The translations under genes were made by a program, and so were the position numbers. Positions 43,503-54,177 of a stretch of 64,000 bases of DNA are shown here, piece after piece. The DNA is taken from NCBI GenBank assembly GCA_963708135.1, contig OY970192.1:2880001-2944000 (forward strand). Direction: 5' to 3'. Source of the stretch: an uncultured Gemmatimonadales bacterium. GTDB taxonomy: Bacteria > Gemmatimonadota > Gemmatimonadetes > Longimicrobiales > RSA9. The stretch's first letter is position 1, and each line of letters starts with the position of its first letter. Below the pieces are notes generated by a model. It saw only the letters and a program-made list of their open reading frames with translations. It did no database searches and was not told the DNA's origin.

Positions 43503-44705
43503 TCAGGAGGACGCCGCGGCCGGCTGCGCGACGAGCCGGCGGCGTGCGGCCGTGAAGAGGACGGCGATGGCGAGGAGGCTCGCCGGGATGAGCAGGAACG
43601 AGGCGCGCAGCCCCGCCCTCTGGCCGAGCACCCCCGTCGCCCACGGCAGCACGGTCCCACCCGCCAGCGCCATGACGGTCACGAGGCTGAACGCGGTGCC
43701 GGAGATCTCCGGGTAGCGCTCGCCCACGTAGCCGAGCACGATCGGGAAGACACCGGCGAAGCCGGCGCCGAGCAGCACGGCGCCGACCGCGGCGGCGGGG
43801 GCCCCCGTCGCCCCGATCAGCAGGAACGCCGCGGCGGCGGCGAGCGCGATCGAGGCGAAGAGCACCGGCGCCGGCGCCACGCGGCGGAGCACGGCGCCGA
43901 GCGCCAGCCGCGCGGCCGTCATCCCCGCCCAGTACAGCGAGAGGAAGAAGAGCGCCCGCGACGCGGGGAGGGCGAGTCCCTCCTGCACGTAGGCGGCGGT
44001 CCAGCCGCCGGCCGTGATCTCGACGCCGCTCTCGAAGAAGAGCATGAGGCCGAGGAGCAGCAGCGCGGGATCGCGCAGCAGCCCGACGGCCCGCGCCAGC
44101 GGGAGCCCCCGGGGCTGCTTGGGCGCGGGAAAGCGGATGGCGGCCGCGAACAGCGCCGGGAGCGCGACGACGGCGCCGATCCCCGCCACCACCGCGCCGT
44201 AGCCCGCGCGGCCGAGCAGCACCCCCAGCACGAACGGCATGCCGAGCGCGCCGATGCCGAAGAAGACGCCCACCACGGCGAGCGCCGCGCTCTTCCCCTC
44301 CCCGCTGATGTCGGCCACGAGCGCGTTCGTGCCGCCGTTCACCACCCCGCCGCCGAAGCCGACGAGAAGGATCGCGGGTACGAGCAGCGCTCGTGTGGGC
44401 GCGAAGGCGAGCCCCTCCAGGCCGATCGCGATGAGGGCGATGCAGGCGGCGAGCAGTCCCTTGTAGCCGTAGCGGTCCACGATCGGGCCGAACACCACCG
44501 AGCCGGCGAGAATGGCCAGGCTCATGACGGCGAAGAGCGAGCCGGCCGCGCTCCGGTCCAGCCCGAAGCGGCCGATCAGCGAGGGAAGCAGCGAGCCGAG
44601 CGCGGTCAGCACCACCCCGAACGCCAGCATCGCGAGACACGCGGCGGCGAAGACACGGCGCCGGTCGTACGCCACGGCCACGGGACCGGGACCGGGTCGC
44701 TCCAC
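43503..44705 (-). CDS. MFS transporter (fucose/glucose permease-like)
   Basis: About 12 hydrophobic segments; G...DRYG.K; FFGIGAL; FF.SGVE...GGW. Confidence 0.9.
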   Translation of the reverse strand: MERPGPGPVAVAYDRRRVFAAACLAMLAFGVVLTALGSLLPSLIGRFGLDRSAAGSLFAVMSLAILAGSVVFGPIVDRYGYKGLLAACIALIAIGLEGLAFAPTRALLVPAILLVGFGGGVVNGGTNALVADISGEGKSAALAVVGVFFGIGALGMPFVLGVLLGRAGYGAVVAGIGAVVALPALFAAAIRFPAPKQPRGLPLARAVGLLRDPALLLLGLMLFFESGVEITAGGWTAAYVQEGLALPASRALFFLSLYWAGMTAARLALGAVLRRVAPAPVLFASIALAAAAAFLLIGATGAPAAAVGAVLLGAGFAGVFPIVLGYVGERYPEISGTAFSLVTVMALAGGTVLPWATGVLGQRAGLRASFLLIPASLLAIAVLFTAARRRLVAQPAAASS

Positions 44706-44706
44706 T

Positions 44707-45669
44707 CTAGTCCTCGCCCGAGGCGACGGCGTTCAGCGCGAGCCGCGCCGCGCCCGCCAGCGCCGCATCCGCGCCGAGCGCCGCCGGCTCGAGCGCCACC
44801 TCGCGCATGGCCAGCGGCTGTGCCCAGCGCTCCGCCTCCGCGCGGATCTCGGGCAGGTAGCGCACCGCCGGGCCGAAAACGCCGCCGCCGAACACGATCT
44901 TCTCGGGGTTGAAGACGCTGACGAGGTTGGCCACCGCCATGCCCCAGTAGGCGACGGCGTCCTCGATCACCCGCGCCGCCAGCCGATCCCCCTTCGCCGC
45001 CGCGGCGAAGACATCGCGCCCCGTGAGCGAGGCCGCCCCGCGCGCCAGGGTGCCGCCGTAGTTCGGCACGACCTCCGCCATCTGGCGCGAGACCGTGGCG
45101 AGGCCGGGGCCCGAGGCATGGTACTCGAGGCAGCCCACGTCGCGGTAGGGCTCGAGCCAGGGCCGCGAGAGCGCCATCCAGCCGATCGCCCCCGCAATGT
45201 CCGAGCGGCCGCGCAACACCCGGCCGTCCACGAGGATGCCGGCGCCGATCCCGGTGCCGACCGAGAGGAAGATGGCGTCCCGGGCACCCTTAGCCGCCCC
45301 CAGCCACACCTCGCCCAGGATGCAGCACGCGCGGTCGCTGTCCACGCGTACCGCGACGCCCTCGCCTGCGACCGCCTGGAGCTCGCCGAGCAACGGGTAG
45401 TCCTTCCAGCCGGGGATGTTCGGCGCCCACACCGTGCCCGTGGCCGCCCGGAACACGCCAGGGACGCCCGCCCCCACCGCCTCCAGCGGCGCGCCATCCG
45501 CCTCGAGCGCCGCCGCGACCGAGCGCAGCAGCTCCACCGCCAGCGCCCCGACCGCCTTGCCCTCCCGCCCCTCCAGCCCGGCCTCCTCGCGCACCTGCAG
45601 GTCCCCCGCGGCGTCGAAGGCGGCCGCGGCGATCTTGGTGCCGCCGATATCGAGGGCAATGACGGGCAT
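44707..45669 (-). CDS. ROK family sugar kinase
   Basis: LDIGGTK, VGTGIGAG, GCLEY.ASG, NPEKIVFGGG. Confidence 0.93.
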   Translation of the reverse strand: MPVIALDIGGTKIAAAAFDAAGDLQVREEAGLEGREGKAVGALAVELLRSVAAALEADGAPLEAVGAGVPGVFRAATGTVWAPNIPGWKDYPLLGELQAVAGEGVAVRVDSDRACCILGEVWLGAAKGARDAIFLSVGTGIGAGILVDGRVLRGRSDIAGAIGWMALSRPWLEPYRDVGCLEYHASGPGLATVSRQMAEVVPNYGGTLARGAASLTGRDVFAAAAKGDRLAARVIEDAVAYWGMAVANLVSVFNPEKIVFGGGVFGPAVRYLPEIRAEAERWAQPLAMREVALEPAALGADAALAGAARLALNAVASGED

Positions 45670-45784
45670 GGACGGGGATCAGGGGTCAGAGGGGTCGGGA
45701 TCAGGGCTGCCGGTGGCAGGATGGGTGCGGGCGGGCGTTGGCGCAATGCGATGCCGAGGAGCGCCGCGGGTCACCCGGGCCGGG

Positions 45785-46229
45785 CGAACGGCGAGAGTGG
45801 GCGAGTGGGAGAGTGGGAGACGGGCCGACTTCTACGAGCGCCGCGCGTCACCCGAACGACAAGAGTGGGCGAGTGGGAGAGTGGGAGACGGGCCGACTTC
45901 TACGAGCGCCGCGCGTCACCCGAACGGCGAGAGTGGGCGAGTGGGAGAGTGGGAGACGGGCCGACTTCTACGAGCGCCGCGCGTCACCGCGCCCGGGAGA
46001 CGCGCCCGGCGTCCGCAAGTCCTCGTCCCGCGCGCGCCGGCTTCGTCTTCCGCGCCCGGCAACCGGAGGAACGCCGGCCGGTCCGCCGCGTCCCGCACTC
46101 TCCCACTCCCCCACTCTAGCTTCCTCGTCCCGCGCGCGCCGGCTTCGTCTTCCGCGCCCGGCAACCGGAGGAACGCCGGCCGGTCCGCCGCGTCCCGCAC
46201 TCTCCCACTCCCCCACTCCCCCACTCTCG
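45785..46229 (+). repeat. GGGRGAGT-ended element with left arm x3 (68-bp period) and right arm x2 (102-bp period)
   Basis: Left units start at 45785, 45853, 45921; right units at 46021 and 46123. Confidence 0.95.
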
Positions 46230-46232
46230 AAC

Positions 46233-46451
46233 TCAGCTCCGCGGCGCTCCCTCACGGGCCGCGCAGCCGAACAGGCGGGCACGCCCGAGGATCCGCTCGA
46301 GGGGACAGAGGCGGGTAAAGCTCGACTGGAGCAGGTTCGTGCCCACGAAGGCGGTGAAGAGGAACCACCAGGGGCTCACCCACCAGCCGAGGGCCAGGGA
46401 GGCGAGGACGAAGACGCCGGCAAAGCGGCGGATGACGCGGTCGTCGCACAT
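46233..46451 (-). CDS. YgaP-like membrane protein (DUF2892)
   Basis: DRVIR.FAG..VL.SL.L..FTAFVG.NLLQS.FT.LCP. Confidence 0.9.
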   Translation of the reverse strand: MCDDRVIRRFAGVFVLASLALGWWVSPWWFLFTAFVGTNLLQSSFTRLCPLERILGRARLFGCAAREGAPRS

Positions 46452-46462
46452 GGGTCGGACTC

Positions 46463-46753
46463 CTAGAAGAAGGTCTCGGTGGGGAGCACGGCCACGTGCA
46501 GGCGGTCTCCCTCGTCCAGCCGCGCGGCCTCCTGGCGCAGCGCGGCCGTCAGCTCCTCGACGCGCGGCTCGGGCAGGATGCTGAAGTAGACGGACGCATC
46601 CCCGGGCCAGGCGCGGGTGCCCTCGCGCCTGCCGGTGTGGCCGGCGCCGTGGGCCTGCTTGAGCTCGGTCCAGCCGTCGGCGCGATGCTCGTCAAGCAGC
46701 GTCGGCACCAGCCGGGGCTCGGACCCGCTGTAGATGATCAGCAGCATCTTCAT
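46463..46753 (-). CDS. PII-like transporter-associated protein (PG0541-type)
   Basis: MKMLLIIY...GWT...HG.G.TG.REGTRAWPG...F.I; follows the RND permease. Confidence 0.8.
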   Translation of the reverse strand: MKMLLIIYSGSEPRLVPTLLDEHRADGWTELKQAHGAGHTGRREGTRAWPGDASVYFSILPEPRVEELTAALRQEAARLDEGDRLHVAVLPTETFF

Positions 46754-49700
46754 GGCGGGGCTCCCTCGCAATCTGGCGGCGGCCGAGCTCCCAGTAGAGC
46801 AGCGGCACGACGACCATGGTGAGCAGCGTGGCCACGACGGCGCCGCTGATGAGCGCGACGGCGAGGCCCTGGAAGATCGGATCGAGGATCATGACCAGCC
46901 CGCCGAGCACGACGGCCGCGGCGGTCAGCGCGATCGGCCGGAAGCGGACGGCGCCCGCCTCGAGCACGGCATCCGCCAGCGGCCGGCCGCGCTCCTGCGC
47001 GAGCTGGATGAAGTCCACGAGCAGGATCGAGTTGCGCACGATGATGCCGGCCAGCGCGATCATGCCGATCATCGACGTGGCGGTGAAGAACGCGCCCGTC
47101 AGCGCGTGCCCGGGCAGGATCCCGATCAGCGTGAGCGGGATCGGCGCCATGATGACGAGCGGCACCTTGAAGGACTGGAACCAGCCGACGACCAGCACGT
47201 AGATCAGCACCAGCACGGCGGCGAAGGCGAGGCCGAGGTCGCGGAACACCTCGATGGTGACCTGCCATTCGCCATCCCACTTCATGGCGGTCTCGTCCAG
47301 CCGGTCCGGCTGCACCGCGTTGTAGCGGGCGATCTTCGCCCCCTCCACGCGGATGTCGTCCAGCTTCCGGTTCATGGCCAGGATGGCGTAGACCGGGCTC
47401 TCGATGCTGCCGGCGACGTCGCCCGTCACGTAGATCGTGGGCCGCAGGTTCTTGCGCATGCGCACGCTCTGGCGCACGCCGTCCACGACGCGCACGAAGC
47501 GGCCGAGCGGCTGCGGGCCCATGGCCGTGGCCACGGGAATCGAGAGCAGCGCGTCCACCGAGGAGCGCTCCGGCAGCGCCAGCCGCGGCACGATGGCCAC
47601 ACCCTCCCTGGCCCGCTCCGACGGCGCGATGCCGACCGGCGCGCCGGAGAGCGCCATGGCCAGCGTCGCCGAGATCTGCTCGACGCTCGCCCCCGCCCGC
47701 GCCGCCAGCACGCGGTCCACGCGGAACGTGCGCCGCGCCTCGGGCGCCTCCACGGTCCAGTCCACGTCCACGACCCCGGGCGTCGTCTCGAACACCCGCC
47801 TGACCTGGCGCGCCGCCTCGAGCCGCGCCGAGTCGTCGGCCGCGTAGATCTCCGCCACCAGCGTGGACAGCACGGGCGGGCCGGGCGGGATCTCGGCCAC
47901 CTTCGCGCTGGCGCCGTAGAGCCGCGCGATCGAGTCGATCCCCGGCCGCACCGCCACGGCGATGGCGTGGCTCTGCCGGCTCCGGTCGCCCTTCGCGACC
48001 AGGTTCACCTGCACGTCCGCCACATTGGCGCCGCGGCGCATGAAGTAGTGCCGCACCAGCCCGTTGAAGTTGAACGGCGCGGCGGTGCCCGCGTACACCT
48101 CGGTGCTCCGCACCTCGGGGACGCCGCGGACGTACGCGGCCACCTCGGCGGCCAGCGCCTGGCTGGTCTCGAGGGTCGTGCCCTCCGGCAGGTCGAGCAC
48201 CACCTGGAACTCGCTCTTGTTGTCGAAGGGCAGCATCTTCACCTGCACCACCTTCAACGCGACGAGCGCCATGGAGGCGACGAGCAGCCCGCCGACCGTC
48301 CCGTAGAACGCCAGCCGCCGGCGCCGGTCGCGCATGAGCGGCAGCATGATGCGGGCGTAGAGGTGCGCGAAGCGGCCCCGCTCCTCCGGCTCGTGCGCCC
48401 GGTCGTGCGGCCGCGTCTCGCGGCCCACGTGCCCGCGCAGCAGCCGGAAAGCGACGAACGGCGTGACGATGAACGCTACCGCCAGCGAGGCGAGCATTGC
48501 CACCGAGGCACCCACGGGGATCGGCTTCATGTACGGGCCCATGAGCCCGGAGACGAAGGCCATCGGCAGGATGGCGGCGATCACCGTGAACGTGGCCAGG
48601 ATGGTCGGGTTGCCCACCTCGTCCACGCCTTCGACCGCCGCCACGTCGGGCGGCCGGTCCCCCATCTTCATGTGCCGGTAGATGTTCTCCACCACCACGA
48701 TCGCGTCGTCCACGAGGATGCCGATCGAGAAGATCAGCGCGAACAGCGTGATCCGGTTCAGCGTGTAGCCGAGCGCGTAGTAGGCGAAGAGCGTGAGCGC
48801 GAGCGTGACCGGCACGGCCACCAGCACCACCATCGCCTCGCGCCACCCCAGGAACAGGCCGATGAGGAGCGTCACGGACAGCGTCGCGATGCCCAGGTGC
48901 AGCATCAGCTCGCGCGCCTTGTCCGCCGCCGTCTCGCCGTAGTCGCGCGTGACGGCCATCCCGACGTCCGCCGGGATCAGCCGCGCGCTCGACTGCCGCA
49001 CGCGCGCGAGCACCGCCTCCGCCACGCGCGTGGCGTTCGCGCCCTTCCGCTTGGCCACCGCGATCGTGACCGCCTGCTCCGGCTGGCCGCCCCGCGGCGC
49101 GTGCGAGACGTAGCTCGTCGGATCGCCGAAGCCCGCGCGCACATCCGCCACGTCGCGTACGTACACGGGCGCGCCGCCGCGTGCCGAGACCACCACGCCG
49201 CCCACGTCGGCGGCCGTGGCGAGGGCCGCGCCGACATCGACGCGGTAGACGCGGTCGGCGCTCGCCAGCTCGCCCGCCTGGAGCCGCGCGTTGGCGCCCG
49301 CGAGCGCCGCCGCCACCTCGCCCGGCGTCACGCCGCGCGCCGCCAGCCGCGCCGGATCGATGGCGACGAGCAGCTCCTTCGGCTCGCCCCCGACGACGAA
49401 CGTCCGCGCCACATCGGGGATCGTGCGGATCCGGTCCTCCACGTGGAGCGCCACCTGCCTGAGCTCGTTCGAGCCGTAGCGCGCCGAGTGCAGCGTGAGC
49501 GTGAGGATCGGCACATCGTCGATCGAATGCGGCTGGACACGCGCCGGAAGCGCGCCGGCCGGCAGCTCCTCCACGGCCGAGGCGAGCTTGGCCCGCACCG
49601 CCGCCACGCTCCGGTCCTGGTCCTCGCCCACCTTGAATCGCACGGTCACAAGCGCAAAGCCGTCGCCGCCGGTCGAGTAGACGTAGTCCACTCCCGGGAT

Positions 49701-49928
49701 CTCCCACATCCGCCGCTCGATCGGCCGCGCCAGCAGGTTCTCCGTCTCCTTCGGCGTCGCGCCGGGGAGCGCATCGACGACGTCGATCATCGGCACCGAG
49801 ATCTGCGGCTCCTCCTCGCGCGGCGTGGCGACCAGCGCCAGCACGCCCACGGCGAGGGCGGCGATGGTGACCAGCGGCGTCAGCTTCGAGTGCAGGAACG
49901 CCCGCGCGATACGGCCCGAGATGCCCAT
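46692..49928 (-). CDS. RND efflux permease (3' end may really be the TGA at 46750 if an indel is present)
   Basis: GILVDDAIVVVEN, GIIVRNSILLVD, RFRPIALT; two large periplasmic loops. Confidence 0.95.
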   Translation of the reverse strand: MGISGRIARAFLHSKLTPLVTIAALAVGVLALVATPREEEPQISVPMIDVVDALPGATPKETENLLARPIERRMWEIPGVDYVYSTGGDGFALVTVRFKVGEDQDRSVAAVRAKLASAVEELPAGALPARVQPHSIDDVPILTLTLHSARYGSNELRQVALHVEDRIRTIPDVARTFVVGGEPKELLVAIDPARLAARGVTPGEVAAALAGANARLQAGELASADRVYRVDVGAALATAADVGGVVVSARGGAPVYVRDVADVRAGFGDPTSYVSHAPRGGQPEQAVTIAVAKRKGANATRVAEAVLARVRQSSARLIPADVGMAVTRDYGETAADKARELMLHLGIATLSVTLLIGLFLGWREAMVVLVAVPVTLALTLFAYYALGYTLNRITLFALIFSIGILVDDAIVVVENIYRHMKMGDRPPDVAAVEGVDEVGNPTILATFTVIAAILPMAFVSGLMGPYMKPIPVGASVAMLASLAVAFIVTPFVAFRLLRGHVGRETRPHDRAHEPEERGRFAHLYARIMLPLMRDRRRRLAFYGTVGGLLVASMALVALKVVQVKMLPFDNKSEFQVVLDLPEGTTLETSQALAAEVAAYVRGVPEVRSTEVYAGTAAPFNFNGLVRHYFMRRGANVADVQVNLVAKGDRSRQSHAIAVAVRPGIDSIARLYGASAKVAEIPPGPPVLSTLVAEIYAADDSARLEAARQVRRVFETTPGVVDVDWTVEAPEARRTFRVDRVLAARAGASVEQISATLAMALSGAPVGIAPSERAREGVAIVPRLALPERSSVDALLSIPVATAMGPQPLGRFVRVVDGVRQSVRMRKNLRPTIYVTGDVAGSIESPVYAILAMNRKLDDIRVEGAKIARYNAVQPDRLDETAMKWDGEWQVTIEVFRDLGLAFAAVLVLIYVLVVGWFQSFKVPLVIMAPIPLTLIGILPGHALTGAFFTATSMIGMIALAGIIVRNSILLVDFIQLAQERGRPLADAVLEAGAVRFRPIALTAAAVVLGGLVMILDPIFQGLAVALISGAVVATLLTMVVVPLLYWELGRRQIAREPRHEDAADHLQRVRAPAGADAA

Positions 49929-49929
49929 G

Positions 49930-50967
49930 TCAGGACACCCCCGCCGGCCGCGCCGGCACGACCACCTGCTCGCCGTCGCGCAGGCCCGAGACCACCTCCA
50001 CCGCATCGCCGGCCGCGTTTCCCGTCCGCACCCAGCGCAGCTCCGTGCCCGACGCGGACCGGACGTAGACGCCCGTCAGGTCTTCCTGCCGCACCAGCGC
50101 GGCCGCCGGGACGGTGATCGCCGGCCGCTCGTCGCGCGGCAACGAGAGCGAGGCCGCGCTCCCCGCGGCGAAGCGGCCCTCCCGGTTGTCCACGATGGCG
50201 TTCACGCGCGCCAGGCTGCCGCCCGGCGCCGGCACCACGCCCTCGATCACGGCGCGCGCCGGAACATCCTCGAGCGTCACGGCCACGGTGTCGCCGCGCC
50301 TGAGCCCGCGCACGTCCGCGGGCGGCGCGCTCGCCGTGACCCGGAGCCGCGAGGCGTCCTGGATCACAAGCAGCGGCGCGCCCGGCGCCGCGAAGCCGCC
50401 GGCGTCCACGTGACGCTCCGTCACCACGCCCGCGAACGGCGCGCGCACCTCCGCATAGTCCCGCACCGCCGCGACCTCGGCCCCGCTCGCCCGCGCCGTG
50501 GCCACCGCCGCCTCCGCGCGCGCCAGCCCGGTCTCCGCCGCATCGAGCTGCGCCTTCGTGGCTGCCTGCTCGCCGTACAGCGCGCGCATGCGACCGGCCT
50601 GCGTGGCCGCCTCCGCGCGCACCGCCTCCGCCTCGCCGAGCGCCGCCTCCGTCTGCGCCGCCTTCGCCGCCAGGTCGCGCGCGTCGACGCGCAGCAGCAG
50701 CTGGCCCGCGCGCACCCGGTCGCCCTCGTGGACGAGCACCTCGGTGACCGTGCCCATCAGCTTCGTGGCGAGCGTCGCCTCCGCGATCGGCGCGGCCGTG
50801 CCCGACGCCTCGAGCGTCGCCGCCATCGGAGTCAAGTGCACCGTGTAGAGCGTGCCCCGCGGGCCTGCATCCGCCCGCGCCGCCGGGGCCCCTCGCTCAC
50901 CGCCCCCGCACGCGGCCAGCCCGAGCGCGGCGAGCAGCAGCGCTCCGCCGGTCGTCGTCTTCATCAT
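49930..50967 (-). CDS. RND periplasmic adaptor (MFP) lipoprotein
   Basis: Lipobox LAAC; G.V..V.V.EGD.V.AGQ.L; VRAPFAGVV; VEVVSGL..GE.VV. Confidence 0.93.
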   Translation of the reverse strand: MMKTTTGGALLLAALGLAACGGGERGAPAARADAGPRGTLYTVHLTPMAATLEASGTAAPIAEATLATKLMGTVTEVLVHEGDRVRAGQLLLRVDARDLAAKAAQTEAALGEAEAVRAEAATQAGRMRALYGEQAATKAQLDAAETGLARAEAAVATARASGAEVAAVRDYAEVRAPFAGVVTERHVDAGGFAAPGAPLLVIQDASRLRVTASAPPADVRGLRRGDTVAVTLEDVPARAVIEGVVPAPGGSLARVNAIVDNREGRFAAGSAASLSLPRDERPAITVPAAALVRQEDLTGVYVRSASGTELRWVRTGNAAGDAVEVVSGLRDGEQVVVPARPAGVS

Positions 50968-52562
50968 CGCTCCGTCCCATCGTCAAGGGTGTCCAGCCTC
51001 GAGAGGACCGCCGGGTCCTGCCCCGTGTCCCGCAGCCGCTCCGCCTCCGCCACGATCGCGTCGTAGCGCGCTCCGCTCAGCGCCAGCGACGCCCGCGTCT
51101 CCACCGCGGCCGCGTCGAGCAGCTCCAGCACCGTGGCCAGGCCGCCCTCGTACTTCTTCGTCACGATGCGGTGCGCCTCCGCGCTCTGCGCGGCCGCCCG
51201 CTCCGCGATGGCCAGCCGCGCCAGCGCCACCTCGCGCGCGTTCTCCGCCCGCTCCGCCTCCAGCCGACCGCCCGCCGCCGCCTCCTCCGCGCCCGCCCGC
51301 GCCGCCGCGCGCCGCCCCGCCGCCGCCCGCACCTCCGCCACCTGCGAGGCGCCCGCGAACGGGGACCACGACGCCATCACGCCCACCGTCCAGTTCCGCT
51401 TCTCCCCCCACGACCACCCGGCCGCGTTCCAGTCATAGCGCGCGAACGCGTTCACCCGCGGCAGCAGCAGCGACTCCGCCCGCCGCACGTCCAGCCGCGC
51501 CGCCGCCAGCGCCTCGCGCGCCGCGACCACGTCCGCCCGCCCCTCGACGCCCGCGAGCGCCGCCGCGGATGCGGCAGCGCTCGCCGGGAGTGCCGCATCG
51601 GATGCGGGGCCCGACGGCCCCGCCGGGACCGCGCCCCCCCCAGCCGCCGCCTCCAGGTCCGCCGCCGACGGCCCAGCCGGCGACGCCGCCACCAGCGCGC
51701 GGATCGCCGCCGGCGTAGGAAGCCGCGCCGGAAGCGCGAACGCGACGTCGCCTGGCGCACCCATGACGAGCGCCAGCTGACTGCGCGCCAGCCGCGCGTC
51801 CCCCCGCGCCCCCACCAGCTTCGCGTCCACCTCGCCCGCCTTCACCGAGGCCAGCAGCGCGTCCGACCTCGTGGCCAGGCCATTCGCCACGAGCGCATCC
51901 GCCTGCCTCACGTGCGCGTGCGCCGCCCCCGCGGCCGCCTCGAGCGTCGCCACCTGCTCCGCGGCCAGCACCGCGCCGTAGTACGCCCGCACCACGTCCA
52001 CCCGCGTCCCCAGCCGCGTCCACCTCTCCGATGCCGCCCCCGCCGCCGCCGCGTGCCCGGCCGCCAACCGACCGATGTGCGCATCCGCGTTCAGAACCGG
52101 CTGCTCGACAACGACACCCGCCGTGTGGTTCGTCGTGGCCGCCGGGTCGTTCAGCCGCGCCGGGTCGAAGTCCGCCTGCTCGATGCGACGCTGCCGGAGC
52201 GCCACGCCGAACGCGCCGATCGGGTCCGTCGTCCGCATGTAACCCGCCTCGAAGCGCAGCGTCGGCAGGATGCCCTGGAGCGCCGCCACCGGCCGCGCCC
52301 CCTCTTCCTCCGCCCGTCCCGCCGCCACGCGGTTGGCATATGCCGCCCCGTCCGCCCGCGCGAGCGCCGCCTCCAGCGTGAGAAGCGGCGCGGCCGGCGC
52401 CGTCGCGACCACGGCCGAAGCCTGCCGCCCCGCCGCCGCCGGCGCGCCCGGCCCCGACGACTCTCGCGCCGCCGGTACGGCGGCCTGCTGCGCCGCAGCC
52501 GGAAGCGCCAGCGCCAACGCCGCCACGGCGCCAACGACCTCCATCGTGATCCTCGAGCGCAC
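50964..52562 (-). CDS. TolC family outer membrane protein (start may be 52544)
   Basis: Two OEP repeats (LPTL, LLPRV; Y.GGLATVLELLDA); GTG with GGAAGGA upstream. Confidence 0.9.
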   Translation of the reverse strand: MRSRITMEVVGAVAALALALPAAAQQAAVPAARESSGPGAPAAAGRQASAVVATAPAAPLLTLEAALARADGAAYANRVAAGRAEEEGARPVAALQGILPTLRFEAGYMRTTDPIGAFGVALRQRRIEQADFDPARLNDPAATTNHTAGVVVEQPVLNADAHIGRLAAGHAAAAGAASERWTRLGTRVDVVRAYYGAVLAAEQVATLEAAAGAAHAHVRQADALVANGLATRSDALLASVKAGEVDAKLVGARGDARLARSQLALVMGAPGDVAFALPARLPTPAAIRALVAASPAGPSAADLEAAAGGGAVPAGPSGPASDAALPASAAASAAALAGVEGRADVVAAREALAAARLDVRRAESLLLPRVNAFARYDWNAAGWSWGEKRNWTVGVMASWSPFAGASQVAEVRAAAGRRAAARAGAEEAAAGGRLEAERAENAREVALARLAIAERAAAQSAEAHRIVTKKYEGGLATVLELLDAAAVETRASLALSGARYDAIVAEAERLRDTGQDPAVLSRLDTLDDGTER

Positions 52563-52636
52563 GGTTTCCTTCCTCTCCCGCGCGCGCCGCGCGCGGGCTG
52601 CGTGGTCCACTTCAGCCATCCCGTCCTCGTCGCTCC

Positions 52637-52969
52637 TCAGCTCTCGAACAGCCGGCGGCGCGCCTCCGCCTCCAGCGCCAGCCGGCCACACATCAGGTCG
52701 CACAACTCGAACACACCATCATCCGCCAACTCGTAGCGCACGTGCAGCCCGTCCCGGCGCCGCCTCACGAACCCCAGCGCGTGCAGCTGGCGCAGATGCT
52801 TCGACAGGTTCGCCTGCCCCAGCCCCGTCGCCTCCACCAGCTCCGTCACCGTCTGCTCGCCCGCCCGCAGCGCCGCCAGCAGCTCGAGCCGCGCGGGCTC
52901 CGCCAGCCCCTTGAACCGCTCCGCCACCAGCCGCATCAGCGTCGGGCTCATCTCAATGTGCTGTTCCAT
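52637..52969 (-). CDS. ArsR/SmtB family regulator with C-terminal CxxxC
   Basis: AERFK.LAEP.RL.LL..V.EL....QAN.SKHL..L...G.V.RRRDG..V.Y...LCDLMC. Confidence 0.93.
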   Translation of the reverse strand: MEQHIEMSPTLMRLVAERFKGLAEPARLELLAALRAGEQTVTELVEATGLGQANLSKHLRQLHALGFVRRRRDGLHVRYELADDGVFELCDLMCGRLALEAEARRRLFES

Positions 52970-52983
52970 GCGCGCCGCCTTGC

Positions 52984-53007
52984 CTATATGAGTACATGGC
53001 AATATAG
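52984..53007. promoter_or_regulatory. Candidate ArsR operator CTATAT-N12-ATATAG in the divergent promoter
   Basis: AT-rich inverted repeat in otherwise very GC-rich DNA, between arsR and the sulfurtransferase. Confidence 0.6.
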
Positions 53008-53096
53008 TTGAGGAGGCCCGACGACGCAAGACACGGCCGGACCCGCCCCGGAAGCCCGGGCGGCGCGACGGCCACGACACGCGGAGGCAAGGCGGG

Positions 53097-54098
53097 ATGA
53101 GAGCGAACAAACGGTTGCTGGCGGGCCTCACGGCCCTCACGGTGATGACGGCGGCGGGGGCCGCGGCGGCGCTCTCGCCCGTCCCGGTGCGGCCGGGTCC
53201 GGCACACGCGGCGGGCGCGGCACGGCCGCCGTTGCGGGCCGAGCTGCTCGTCTCGGCGCGCTGGCTCGCGGCGCACCGCGCGGATCCGGGCGTGGTCGTG
53301 CTGCACGTGGCAGCGGACCCGGCCGAGTACGCCGCCGGGCACGTGCCCGGCGCCCGCTTCCTGGCCCTGTCCTCGATCGTCACGGAACGCGACGGCGTGC
53401 CGAACGAGCTGCCGCCGGCGCCGGCCCTGGCGGCCGCGCTCGAGGCCGCGGGCGTGGGCGATGGCGCGCGCGTCATCCTCTACGGGGCGCCGCTCGCGGC
53501 GGCGCGGGCGTTCTTCACCCTGGACTATCTCGGCCACGGCGCGCGCGCGGCGATCCTCGACGGCGGGCTTCCGGCGTGGCGGGAGGCGGGGCAGCGGGTG
53601 TCCACGGCCGCGCCGGCCCCGGCGCACGGCGTCCGCTTCACGCCTCGCGGGGCCGCCCCGGCCAGGCGCGGCGCGGGCCGGACCGGGCTGGGCCCCGGGC
53701 CCGGCGGAATGGTGGATCTGGCCTGGGTCCGGGCGCACCTCGGGGACCCGCACGTCGCGCTCCTGGATGCGCGCCCGGAGGCGCAGTACACCGGGGCGGA
53801 GGCCGGGCACGGGGTCGTTGGCGCCGGCCACATACCCGGGGCGGGCAATCTGTACTGGGAGCGCACGCTGACGGGCGCGCAGGCGCCGCGGCTGCGGGAC
53901 ACGGAGGCGCTACGCGCCCTTTTTGTGGCGGCCGGCGCGGCGCCGGGGAAAATGGTGGTGACGTACTGCCGAACCGGGATGCAGGCGAGCTGGCTCTACT
54001 TCGTGGCGCGATATCTCGGATACGAGGCCAGGTTGTACGACGGGTCGTTCATCGAGTGGAGCGGGGAGGTCTCGACACCGGTGGAAGGGCGAGGGTGA
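53097..54098 (+). CDS. Tandem-rhodanese sulfurtransferase with signal peptide
   Basis: LVS..WL; Y..GHVPGA; LDGG..AW; LDAR...Y.G; GHIPGA; YCRTG; YDGSF.EWS. Confidence 0.92.
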   Translation: MRANKRLLAGLTALTVMTAAGAAAALSPVPVRPGPAHAAGAARPPLRAELLVSARWLAAHRADPGVVVLHVAADPAEYAAGHVPGARFLALSSIVTERDGVPNELPPAPALAAALEAAGVGDGARVILYGAPLAAARAFFTLDYLGHGARAAILDGGLPAWREAGQRVSTAAPAPAHGVRFTPRGAAPARRGAGRTGLGPGPGGMVDLAWVRAHLGDPHVALLDARPEAQYTGAEAGHGVVGAGHIPGAGNLYWERTLTGAQAPRLRDTEALRALFVAAGAAPGKMVVTYCRTGMQASWLYFVARYLGYEARLYDGSFIEWSGEVSTPVEGRG

Positions 54099-54177
54099 GG
54101 GTGAGGATTCGGATTGGGGTGAGTACCGGGTGGGGGTGAGGGAGAGGGTTCATCGGACGATACTGGAGGGGCTGAAC

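Noticed and set aside
45785..45990. CRISPR array (68-bp period; also the 76-bp period at 54631)
   Set aside because: Whole units are near-identical with no unique spacers, and there are no cas genes
45738..46466. ORFs with VGEWESG or SPTPPL repeats (also 54634-55318)
   Set aside because: These are translations of the octamer repeat element, open in several frames with no codon bias
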